A stretch of 64,000 nt of DNA from Ramazzottius varieornatus (taxonomy: Eukaryota > Animalia > Tardigrada). Shown here one piece after another: positions 41,749 through 53,704 of the stretch. How positions within the stretch are numbered: the stretch's first letter is position 1; every line of letters begins with the position of its first letter. The notes under the pieces are model-generated. The model was given only the letters and a program-made list of their open reading frames with translations, searched no databases and was not told where the DNA came from. The translations under genes were made by a program, and so were the position numbers. The stretch is from the NCBI GenBank assembly GCA_001949185.1, contig BDGG01000005.1, positions 496,001-560,000 of the forward strand, written 5' to 3'.

Positions 41749-44700
41749 ATGGACGACAGGCCTTATTTTCGTGGCTGCAACCCTCATCATTTGGATATCG
41801 GTTTGGACGAAAGTCACGAAACTGACGATGGCAAACCTGTTTCCTTCCGTAAACGGGAATCCAGCCATAGTCCCCATGTCGATGGAATGGGAGATTATCT
41901 GGAGAAATATAAAGAATCAATCGAAAATCCCGAAAAATTCTGGACAGACGTGGCGCGCGACTTCTACTGGCACGATACTACTGAGCGTATGAACAGACAC
42001 CAAAAGCCCATGTTTGAATCTAATCTCGACGTGCGGAAGGGGCCAATCTTCACGCGCTTCATGCCAGGAGGTAAAACAATCGCACTTGAATTCTATATAT
42101 TTTTAATCTGTATGAGCTTATTTTCAGCGAAAACCAACCTCTCCTATAATGCGCTGGACAGGAATATCGAACGAGGACTCGGAAACAAGATTGCGTATTA
42201 CTGGTACGATCGCGGGCACTCTCCATGTAAAAATGGTGCCCGATACTCAATTTCGGGAATTTATCTTCTTGTATAGGGAGGGAAATAATATCGGGGACGA
42301 AGGAAAAGTCACCTACTCGCAGCTTCTTTCGAACGTCTCAAGGTTCGCCAATGCGTTGAAGGAGATGGGACTAAAGAAAGGAGACCGAGTCGCGATCTAT
42401 CTTCCGATGATCTTAGAGCTTCCCATCGCTATGCTCGCTTGCGCCAGAATAGGCGTTATCCACTCCGTGGTCTTCGGAGGGTTCTCGGCAGATTCATTGT
42501 CTGAACGAATGATCGATGGACAGTGCAGCGTTCTCGTGACCGCAGGTTTGATTTTAAAGGAAGAACTACAATCACGTGGATTTTGGTACTGCATTATTAC
42601 TCGAGTTGAAATATTACGGGCGGAATTTTCGCTTCTCTGATCATGGATTAATTATTTTTCAGATGGTGTTTGGCGAGGAAACAAGTTCATTAACTTGAAA
42701 GAGATCGCGGACGAAGCTTGCGCGAGATGCGAAGCTCATGGTCATCCCATTACCCGGAAGTTCGTCGTCCGGCATATGGGACCCGTAAAGGCACGCCCGA
42801 ATGTTTTCAATCTATAACGAACGTAATTAAATCAAAGTCGTATAACGTCATTGACTATCGTGTTTTGCAGAGCGTGAGCAACCAATTAGCTAACAGCTCG
42901 GAAAACGGCCTGACCCATCATCCGAAGGGTCTCGGAGGAGCAGGGGACCAAAGACGAGGCTCGTTATGTACTAAAGTTCGCCAAGACGCGCTTGTCATTG
43001 CTTGGGACGACTCGATAGATCGATGGTGGCATGAGGAACTCCACAGAGCTTCCGATAGCTGTCCTGTCGAATGGATGGACGCCGAAGACCCTCTTTTTAT
43101 TCTGTATACATCCGGAAGTACCGGCAAGGTGATTATCGTTCTGCTGCATCGTGATCTTCTTTAAGTTTGCTGATTGTACGAATTTCGATACATTTTTTTT
43201 GTGGTTTCCAGCCCAAAGGCGTCTTACATACCACCGCGGGCTATATGGTTTACGCTGCCTTCACTTTCAAGTAGGCTGTGACATCTAATTTTTCCATTAA
43301 CTAAGTAGGCCTTGGCAGCCGTATAACTAATCTCGCTGAGGTGTGGGATTAGTTAGTAACATTTCTCATTTTAGATGCGTATTCGATTATCAAGAAGACG
43401 ACGTTTACTGGTGTACTGCTGACGCTGGCTGGATCACCGGGCATTCTTACTTGGTTTACGGACCGCTCATCAACGGCGTTACCGGGATAGTTTTCGAAGG
43501 TACCGCTAAGTCAGTGCCAATATGTCTTCTGGCTACTTGGTCGGAGTAAACTTGTTACCGAGCCTATTGCCGCCGGGAAATGTCTCACTGGTGTCACAAG
43601 GAACTGAGATTTCCTTCCTTATCAGGTATTCCTACCCATCCCGAGCCGGATCGATATTGGAAAGTAATTGAGAAGTACAGAGTAACGAAGTTTTACACTG
43701 CGCCGACGGTCATTCGATCCCTCATGAAGTTTGGAGAGGACCTTGTGCTCAAGTACGAAGGGAAGCGGATGATGTCAAGAATTTGTATCGATTAAACTAA
43801 CGAGTGTCTTGTTTATCTTCCAGTCACGATCGAAGTTCCTTGAAGATCTTGGGCACTGTTGGGGAACCCATCAATCCGGAAGCCTGGCTCTGGTATCACA
43901 AATACGTTGGCAATTCCCAGTGCGCCATCGTCGACACATACTGGCAGTGAGTCTCTCTGCAGTAACGTCAGTGAAAGCCTCGTTTGTCTTATAGATTATT
44001 CTATTGATTTCTTTCGAGTAGATGGGAACCAAATTGAGCGTTATCCTTCTTGTTGCTTTGCAGAACGGAAACTGGCGGCCGTAAGACAACTCGCATATCG
44101 TTTGCTTCATCAGTCACAATCGATCAGATGGGCTGACTGACTAAGTTAACAAGTTGAATGTCTTTAGACGTGATAACGCCGCTTCCCAGTGCGACGCCAC
44201 TCGAGCCCGGCTCGGCGACCCTCCCTTTCTTCGGCGTGATACCCGCAGTACTGGACGAAGACGGCAATGAAATCGACGAACCTGACTGTGAAGGGTACCT
44301 TGTTTTCAAAACAGCCTGGCCTGGTATCATGAGGACAGTTTATGGTAACCATGAACTGTACGAGAAGGTCTACTTCAAAAAGTTTCCCGGATACTATACG
44401 ACAGGAGATGGTACGGGTTGTAGGAACCAAACCGTCTATTGCTGTTTCGCTGTGTTGGTTGTGCAGAAGGTTATACTTACTAATTCCTGTTTGTTTTCAG
44501 GTTGTAAAAGGGATAAGAGAGGGTACTACTGGATAACAGGGAGGATCGACGATATGGTCAACGTTTCCGGTCATCTTTTGAGTACCGCCGAGATCGAGTC
44601 CGCTCTCGTCGAGCACCCCAGCGTTGCGGAAGCCGCAGTGGTATCACATCCCCATACGATTAAGGGAGAGTGTACCTACGGTTTCGTTACGCTCAAAGTA

Positions 44701-45028
44701 GATCATGTATTTGATCAGAAGACGGTTAATGAGCTAAAATTAAAAGGTTTGACGCCTTGACGATTTGGTGCTCTGTTATTGTGCCACGAGCCGAACCGGA
44801 AGTGAGTTAAAGCGTCTGTACTTTGCAGTGCGAGAAAAGATTGGAGCCTTCGCTGTTCCCGACTTTTTACAAGATGCTCCCGGTCTTCCAAAGACGCGAT
44901 CTGGAAAAATCATGCGGAGGGTTCTTAGGAAGATCGCCCGAGGCGACCGGAACTTGGGCGATACGTCGACATTGGCGGACCCTACGGTGATCGACTTACT
45001 ATTCAGTCTTCGCCCGAAGAATGCTTGA
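41749..45028 (+). CDS. ACSS2: Acetyl-CoA synthetase (ACSS2-like), multi-exon
   Basis: [97 protein letters not shown]. Confidence 0.97.
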
Positions 45029-46151
45029 GTGTACGTCGAGCTCGATTAAGTTATAGTTTAAAATAGTGCCCAGTTTACGTGTTTTCGAGTGACCCAGGCG
45101 AGTACCCGCTCCGTTTCTTAATTGTTTTAGCATTCCAGTCAAGTTGGAATTACCTCAGGTGGAATTCTGGCCAGTGTTTTAATTTTTCGCCTTTTTTCTT
45201 GAATGGACTGCCAGTAGCTTGGATCTTTTCAGATGGCGACTATTTCACTCACGTTCCCGTTTTCGCGAAAAATACATAGTATAAAGTTCGAGGATATTCT
45301 CAGACGAGCACGCTGAAAAGGAACGCACGTGGTCAGCATGGACAGCTTGGCGACTGCGGCTGCAGCCTCTGTGAAAAGAATTTACTTTCATTCATTCTCA
45401 AGAGCAAGAAGAGTCAGCACGGTATTTACGCAGGAATGTTGAACAGCTGGACGGACAGCATTCCTGATGCTTTGTTCACATGATTATCGATCGATCTGTC
45501 GGTGTCGTCTTTCTCCGAAGTGAAGCACGGGTCAGTTTGACCAACAGTTTTCGCCACAAACGGCACCCGCTTGGACCAGTCGATTGGTTTGGTGGCTCGC
45601 ACTCGTAGATACCACGGTGCAGGGATGTGGCGGCCTTTTCAATCAAGGCCAAACCGGATGGTCTCCGATTCTGCCGTGACTAGCTGCTGACTAGTCTGCC
45701 CCACCAAAAGTGTCTCACCCGAGGAAATCACGGTGGTTGATGGCCATTTTGTAAGCCGTATCGTGAGCTGAATCTAGTCTACACGAATTAATCCGATTTA
45801 AAAACAGAAGTGATTGAAGTTTTCTGCTCTGACTCTGGAGTTATTCTGGGACGTCCACTTCTATTCTTTGTTGGAGCCAACATTCGTAAGGCGTGGATCT
45901 GTTTACTTGCTCGGGAATCAGCTGGAGCAGTTTGGAACGGAAGTCGTCTCAAGCCTGAAGGTAAGACTCGAAACAACGTAATTCACTGGAACAACGTAAG
46001 TCTGTATGCGAAAACGAATGCTGAAATTAGAGACTGGAGAAGTACATTGATCCATTCTTCAGGGAATTCTAAGCGGCTGATCCTGAAGAGGAATTCTCTG
46101 CCTGTCGTAGATAAGCAAGCTGTGTTAGGACGCTGGTCTCGGAGTAGGAGT

Positions 46152-47224
46152 ATGAACATGGCTGATGTTCTGGACGGCGGTCAAGCTATCCCAGATGCTG
46201 ATGACTTACGTATCAACGTGATCCCCAACTCCCTATCTGGATCCCCTTCGAAAAAAAACCCTCTTCTGTTGTCAATCCAAATACCGCAGAACCACATCGA
46301 ATCAACGGGACGCCAAAATATCCCGCGGTCCGCTGCAGCTGGCAGTAAGCCTCAAGCATCGCCAAAGCCAAAAGCGTCACCATCGAGAGCATCTCCCAAA
46401 AGAAAAGTCGATGAATTCGAACAGTCCACCACATTTCTCGTTACTTCGTTCGTTAACTATCGTCTGAGAAGGCTGAAAGCAGAAACCAAGGCAGAACTTT
46501 TCGCGAACCCTAAACTTCGACGACGCACATATCCATGGACTTCAAACACCAACCGCGCCCTAGAAGGTGGGCAAGCTCTCAGTGTTCTCTTCCTCTGTCA
46601 CGATCTAATGCTGTGTTTTAAATTCAGATGGACCAAGAATCGCACCTCGCTTGGGCCAAGTGGATAAAGTAGCGGAAGCCCTTCAAGCTCTAGGTGACCA
46701 TCTGGACTCGCGCTACTGGCAGTCCTTCGAAGAGGCATTTCCGGCGGACTGGTTCGACTCTAACACCACCGAAGAACTTCGAAACAGGTTCCTGGACATG
46801 TCTCAAGATCTCTACTCTAATGTGCAAGATGTAGAAGACGAAGCCCTGTACGAGGAAAAGATTAACTGGGGACGAATCATCACTCATTTCTGCTTCACAT
46901 CTCAGCTAGCTACAGTTGCTGTCCTGTCCAAACAGTACGAGCTGGTTAATCAGTTAACAGGCTGGTTGACGCAGTTCATCACTCTCCATCTTCGAACGTG
47001 GATCGAGCATCATGGAGGATGGGTAAGCTATCTTTTCCAAATTATTTTAAGGTGTTAAATGGATTTCTGTTTTGCAGGAGGGACTGGTAGATTACCGCAG
47101 AGTACTGTTAGGCAAGTCGAAGCAGGAGGACTCCGCTGTCGACCTGGCGTCCAGCGTGATCGCGGGAGCTGTGCTGGGTGTCTTCAGCTTCTTAGCGTTT
47201 AGAAACTACTCCAACTCGAACTGA
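46152..47224 (+). CDS. Multidomain Bcl-2 family protein (BH4-BH3-BH1-BH2-TM); exons 46152-46566, 46628-47022, 47078-47224
   Basis: BH4-like TTFLVTSFVNYRL, BH3 VAEALQALGDHLD, BH1 INWGRIITHF, BH2 WIEHHGGW|EG (intron after GGW), C-terminal TM VIAGAVLGVFSFLAF. Splice phases are consistent. Confidence 0.93.
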
Positions 47225-48859
47225 GCTGTTACGCTCGAAGATGAAAAGGTGACTTCGGATTTGGCGTTCCCGACGAGACGTTACACGGTGCAACTTCGAC
47301 ATCGGCAGCTGGGCTTTTGGGGCCTCGCCGACTTCTTCGAGCAAGTTCTTCTGACTCAAGTTCTCAGGATCCATTCTGTACGATCTATTTCTTGAACAGC
47401 AAGCTTACTTTTTAACAAAGGCAACGTACGTACGTGATCATTTTTAAATCTTTTTTGGTGACTTTTGTCAAGATGTGCGCTACACGTACGATACGCAACG
47501 ACCACTCCTCCTTTTCTCATTGACGCAAGTACGTTCTTTTGTCCAGGTTTCTTGTCTGCGTTACAGGGTTTTGGCAATGTCTTACCGTGTATTTTGCCTA
47601 TTTACCATGGGTATCGTCTATGTATTCTGTGCATTTTTTCTGAACCCGTCACTAATGTTGTAAAACAAGGCGGTATAAAGTATAAACTCGACTGTGAGCA
47701 TGTCGTTGTTGTTTTCGGGTTCTTTATGTTGAAGGAAGTGGACTTCCTAAAAGGCATACAAAGTGATATCGAAAACGACGAGGGAAGGCCATGCAAGAAG
47801 GAACCGCGAGCTGGTTGGACAGGACATATGGACTCTCTGAAGGATCATCAATCTTTATCGTAGTCGTAACTGTCCATCGAATGCATTACTAGCCACTGTT
47901 TTAGGTCCCTCGTATGGCCAGAATATCATTGTAAATCTAGCCATTCCGAACTTCCATCCTATCAAACAAGGAGCTGGGGCAGTGGCTTGCGGACATTTGG
48001 TGTGTAAAGACGGTGGCGTTCAGCTAGCTATTTTTAGTTCGGAATTCATCAGATTGCTCATCTCCACGAGCCTCATCTCCCAATAGGCTCGTAGATGGCG
48101 CTGTTTGCCGAATCTTGTGGGCAAATAACTCAAGCAAAGCGGTAGCACAGGCGTCGTTCTCGTTCTCGCCCCTGCTGTCCAACCCGTCGACGAACAACGC
48201 TACAGAGGTGGTTTGGAAACAAGGAAAGTTTGAGCATCATCAGCCCGTTATGGTGTTTAGATGCCAAGGAGCAGTGAACTTCCTAGTGTCAGGTCCCAGC
48301 TAACCACGCCCATATCGCCTGCCCGTAGAACCCATCATGGACAGCTGGAGCGAGCTCCCGAATCTACGGGACAGTAGCCTGGTACAACATCAATGTAAAC
48401 GTATCTTCGAAACCTGGTTTCTTCCGTAGTCCCCATGTGCTCGCCACAGTGAAATCCCGGCAGTCTGGAAAGCTTGCTAAAGCGAGAGCACGACGAGCTT
48501 TCACAAGACCGGGGCGTCGTGGACCTGCTGTAAGATATCCTGTAAGCTTTCTCACTTCACCTTACTGGCTACGGCGAGAGTAGAGCAATAATCCAAGATT
48601 CAACCGGTCACCAAGCGTCTCATTCTAGGGAACGGACCTTGCAGTTTTGCCGGTGCAGTGGGGCGAAGATGGCGCACATTGCGCGTCGTCTTTTCACTCT
48701 ACCAACACCTTCGCTTGCGCTTTTGCAGACAATATGGCGTCGCACTATTGTCCCGCGCCGACCAGAGTGGACACGGAAATGTGCTGAAAAGAAAATTATG
48801 ATGGTGAAGCAGTTTGGACAAGGTCAGCAGTAAGGTCAGAAGGATTAAGCGATTGCTCG

Positions 48860-49790
48860 AGGGGAGACACCTGTGTTTATCCTCTTTGTTTTCATCCCCG
48901 CTCATTATCTCTTTATTCACGCGTCGCATTATAGCTGCTTTCAAACCACAGGACTCCTGCGGTGACTCCACTGATCGTTCCAAAATGAACCTAAGTTCGG
49001 ACGTACCTGTCGCCACGTCCGATCCCCGAACTGACTTCGTGCTTCCTGGTCCAACTTGGACTTTAGGCAGAACGACCAACCGTCAAGACCGCTACTTGGT
49101 CAAGACTATCGACGTCACTGACCTCCGGTCGACAAAAGAGAAGCAAATATGGCTACTTCGAGCAAGCTTATGAATGTTGTAAAGACGTGTCCGTTATTGA
49201 CCACACGTCTTCCACACGACAAACACGCGACACAAACCGGTTATCCGATGAACGTCCAATTGACTTTGAATTGCATCCGTATACAGACGCGTTCAAAGTG
49301 ACGGACCAGCAGACCATCGTAGATATTTCTCGTTAGAATGTTCATATTTTCCTCTGTTGAATACCTTATGGCTGCTCCTCGCTTACAGTGTCCATGTGGC
49401 AAACCAAGGTTGTTGGTCTGTGCAAACTCGAAATAAAGTTTGATTCATCACGTTCGAGGTGTGAAAGGATGAATATTAGCTTCCTTTAGGAATACTTCGG
49501 TTATCGCTTAGGGTGGCCACGATCGTTCGTCAGTAGATATCACTCCGACCAATTTTTTGGGGAACTTCGTTACAAGGCACACTGTCGTGCATTATGACGC
49601 CGACAAGTGCAAGTTAGCAAGTTGTCTGCATAATGTTGGATATTCCCTCGAGATACATTGGTATTGAGGATAGCAGAGTGTTAATTTGATCAACAGTTGT
49701 TTGAGGCTTCTTGTTGACGGGCACTACAAGCGTAATCGTTAGACGGATATGCCAACTGAATAATTAACAGCCCATCCCAGATGTCAAGTG
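48860..49790. repeat. Local direct repeat copy 1 (block A ~48860-49310, block B ~49640-49790)
   Basis: Shares a near-identical stretch tgtaaagacgtgtccgttattgaccacacgtcttccacacgacaaacacgcgacacaaaccggtt, and agtgttaatttgatcaacag...gggcactacaag, with 51655-52470. Confidence 0.9.
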
Positions 49791-50769
49791 TTTATGTTTC
49801 AAGTGCACTCAGATTCGCCGTGGATGTCAATAGATTTTCTGTATCATTGCTGGTGTCACTACCTGTGGGCTTGCCATAAGGCAAGATGTTCTCCCCTCGA
49901 AGTTTTAGAGATGTAAAGGTACTCATCCGAAGAAACATACCTACATACCAGGTTTGGGAATTTGTCGTCGTGAAGGTAATCATCCTTGTTTGGATCCGTG
50001 ACATTCGAGCTCGTCGATGATCAACTACGGTCTCATCATACTCGGACGAAGAGTATCCATAATATGATTCCATATGCATCTGTTAAGTGACCTTTAGACA
50101 AGGAGTGATGTAACAAACTTCGTAAGCCGATACACTTGTTGTTCATTTTGGCGGTACCAGTGTCTCTAAATGTTCCGAACTCTCATCCGTGGGTTCTCGC
50201 CAGCTTTTAGACCTAACCCAGCTATCTTCCGACAAAACTGAAGATCGAGGTCAGGTTTCACGTCGAGATAAATCAAAATGCCTCGATGGATAGTTTGATA
50301 CGGATATCGATACGATTGAACGCTTTGAAATACCACCTGTATGAAATCCGCTTTTGCTGTTTGGCTGGTAGTCGATTACCAGCTTTTATGCATGGATTAT
50401 AAACTCCGTATGCATTATGCATTTATGCATGAATATCAAGGACGAGACAGAGTCTGTTTTGCACCTGTGAACTGGTAGCTGATCGCTTGGACTTGACCTT
50501 TCAAACTGGAAAGTCCAAATCTGCAATCCGAAACTTCAAATGGCGGCCGTGAGATGGAACCTCCGTGTGAAAATATTCGCGCAACCTGCGGGTCTTACGT
50601 TCTCTCTTCCTACCACTGTAATTATCCTTTCAAGTAGCAAAAAATTTGATCCATTCAGTATTTCCGACGTACGCTGACTAAGGTGACGGTCGCATTTTTG
50701 CAGTTCATGGACCGAGCTTGATGAATTGGCTCGCTGATATTACCGTGCATCAAATTGTCTCATTTACGA

Positions 50770-51270
50770 TTTCGATGCGTGCAATGAGGGACTTGTTATC
50801 GTCATGATTAATAGTCGAAATGTTCAGCAGCCATGTCAAAGGATGGCTCCCACCGTTCGCCCATAAAGATTGACGATACACTTCATAACTTGTAATGGTT
50901 GCGACGGCGTCCATGCAAACCGCCGATCAATTCACTTTCCTTCCTGTAGTAACCACTCAATCGCTTTGTCAGGTTTGGCTTGATCAAAAGATGCTTTGAA
51001 TGCGCATTCTATCATATCGCTAACCAGGCAGGAAATCTCCCCTCGTCAAACTAACGGAACGCCGCTCTGCGTGGCTAATTGCGACTTCCGGTAAGATGAT
51101 GGATCATGTATACACCGTTGTCCGTAAACGAATTCTTCTTCACCAAACACCGTTCTCATCTTTCAGTCGGCTAATCTCGTAATCCGCTGCTCACACGATT
51201 CGTCAAGTGATGCTGATCCATACGGGCGATTCTGCGGTTGGTCTCACGACTGTCCTACACGTGCACGTGT
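50770..51270. repeat. Dispersed direct repeat, block C copy 1
   Basis: cttgttatcgtcatgattaatagtc, cgtccatgcaaaccgccgatcaattca and cattctatcatatcgcta(a)ccaggcaggaaatctcc are shared with 58645-59150. Confidence 0.9.
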
Positions 51271-51654
51271 CCTCGAGGTTAATTATTATACCAATAATAT
51301 TTTTGAGTCACGCTGTGGGCAGCGCGATTCCGATGCGCACCGGTTCCCGGAAATACTAAATACTGCCAAAAAAGATGGTGTGGCTTCTAGGATAAAACCA
51401 AGGGTTATGCGGCTGCGAAGACCCATATCGCCTGGCCAGGACCTCAGTTACAAGATCGAGCCGCGACAGAAGGCCTTTGTGTTGGTAGCTCCCAACTGAA
51501 CTGCCTAATGTGACGAACTTCGCAGACTTTTGGGCGCCACTCGATATGGTCATTCGTGCCAAAGCAGAGTGAGCAGGCCTTTTGTTTTCTCACTGGGAAG
51601 CGCAGTTTAGAGCGAGGTGAGTAGTGAGGTCAGAAAGATTAAGCAGTTGCCCGA

Positions 51655-52470
51655 GGGGAGACACCTGCATGTGTTTCTCTCTTAATATTCAGAGATATCG
51701 TCCTTCTCTCTGTGTGCGTTATGATCAGAACGATTCCCAAAAATAGCATAATTTTCAACTCATCAATCGATGACGGATGGAACCACCGTCGGAGAGGCTG
51801 GCACTTGTCTTGCTTCCTTATACGGTTTACTCTGGGAACAAAAGAGGCAAAGGATAACCGATCAAGAAACAATTCAACGTCACTGACCTCCGCCCGACAA
51901 AACATGGGCAAATATGGCTACCTTGGGCAAGCATATGAATATTGTAAAGACGTGTCCGTTATTGACCACACGTCTTCCACACGACAAACACGCGACACAA
52001 ACCGGTTGTTCGAAGAAGGTCCGCTTGGCTTTGAATTGCACCTGTATACAGACACCGTTACCGTGATGGACGAGCAGACGACAGTATGCGTTCGAGACGT
52101 GGTAGGATAAAACTAATATCAGATTTTACATAGAGTAAATACAAATGTCAGTCGAAGAGCCTATTACCATTCTGTGCAAAGGTTATTTTGAGCGCTCTGT
52201 AAAGAGCTCGAGGGCAGCAGCAGTAGTGATGATATTGATGAGTGACGGACATTTTGCAAAAGAGACCAAATGTGTATCATGGAGTGTCCCGTGAACTGAT
52301 GAAGAGCATGTCCATCTATTGAAATATTCCCCGGAGATACATTAATGAAGAGGACAAAGTGTTAATTTGATCAACAGACTGTTGGGCTTTTTGTTAATGG
52401 GCACTACAAGTGTAATCATTAGACAGATATGCTCATTGAATAATTAACAACCCGGACCAAATGTCAATAT
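51655..52470. repeat. Local direct repeat copy 2 (blocks A' and B')
   Basis: Same orientation as copy 1, offset by about 2.7-2.8 kb. Confidence 0.9.
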
Positions 52471-53704
52471 TTCACCCTGAAACAGATCACCATTTTGCCT
52501 TGAATATTAAGTTAGCAAATTCGTGCTGTTACTGTTATGATTACCGCACCGGTGGATATCCATCACTGTTCGCCGCTGTGCGGTTAACTTATTGAGAGCG
52601 GTTGTGGGTAAATTTTGGTTGTACGGTTGTGACGATGATACTGCCGGCTTAATTTACAGTCATTCTGCGGAAGAACCCGGAAGTTAGAATATCATTGATG
52701 CTATAAAGTTTTCGAATTTTACTTCATGAAGCCATAAGTCGGAGGGTCATTATGTGCTACTTAACGCGTGATATTTGAGCCTGTTTACGATCAGCCATCA
52801 TCATTATTCGGTAGAAAGTTTCCATCTGTTGGCCGACCTTCGAGTTGACATACGGACGATAAATTTACATTTGCTATTGGATCGAGATGCCGTAACACGC
52901 ATGGACCGCAAACCGACATCGCATTGCTTACTTCCAGTGGTCATCTCTGCTTTGACTCCACTGGATGATCATTTCAACGAATGCGGCTTCCTAGATACAG
53001 CCGTCGAAAACTACTCTTTAGCGAGCTTTCCCTCTAGCGATTTTTTGTCTGGGGCGAAGTACTGGTCGCCTAGTCTAGTTGTCGCCGGTCAGGCGTGACA
53101 AAGCGCCAGTTCATAAATCATCGCTAATTAATTCTCAAAATGAATTACTGCTATCTCCGGACAGACACGCGCCAGATCAAGAAGATTATTTACAGTACCA
53201 AAAGCCTTCATGACGAATGTACAAACGGAGAATGGAGTGCAAAACAATTCCAACCGGTTTCAAGATTCGGTAGATGCTAGACAGAGCAGTGCACCATTAG
53301 TAGAAAAGTTGATTTCGATTCTAGAGGAACCAACGTTGAAAAACCAAGGTCCAGTAAAATCGATCCGAGAGATCCGACATCAGCCAGAAAATAAAAACAA
53401 TATGAAGTGGAATTTCAGACTTAACCTCGACCACGCCCAACGCTGCAAAGGCTTCCAGGCCCACCATGCTTTGGAAGGGATTGAAGAGATATAAACATAA
53501 ACAGAACAGTCGAAAGGACGGAAACAACGAAGAGGACTGTGCAGTAACTGAACACAAATGACGATAAAAGCCGTATAATAATTACAGATGACGGCCGGAA
53601 GGAGAGAAGAGAGGAGGGAGGAAGGAGATCACTCGGTCATGTTCGTGTTATTGCAAGTGGCTGTTATCACCCAACACTTTCCACCATCAAAGTTCCCTTC
53701 GTGG

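Noticed and set aside
45810-46151. N-terminal 114 aa of the 285 aa ORF as part of the Bcl-2 protein
   Set aside because: The start is not ATG and the stretch spans a likely 5'-UTR intron (GTAAGA 45961 to TTCAG ~46061). The real start is probably 46152 or 46158.
51712-52110. 132 aa plus-strand ORF, also partly open in repeat copy 1
   Set aside because: Differences between copies are mostly non-synonymous in this frame and no family is recognisable, so it is treated as repeat sequence.
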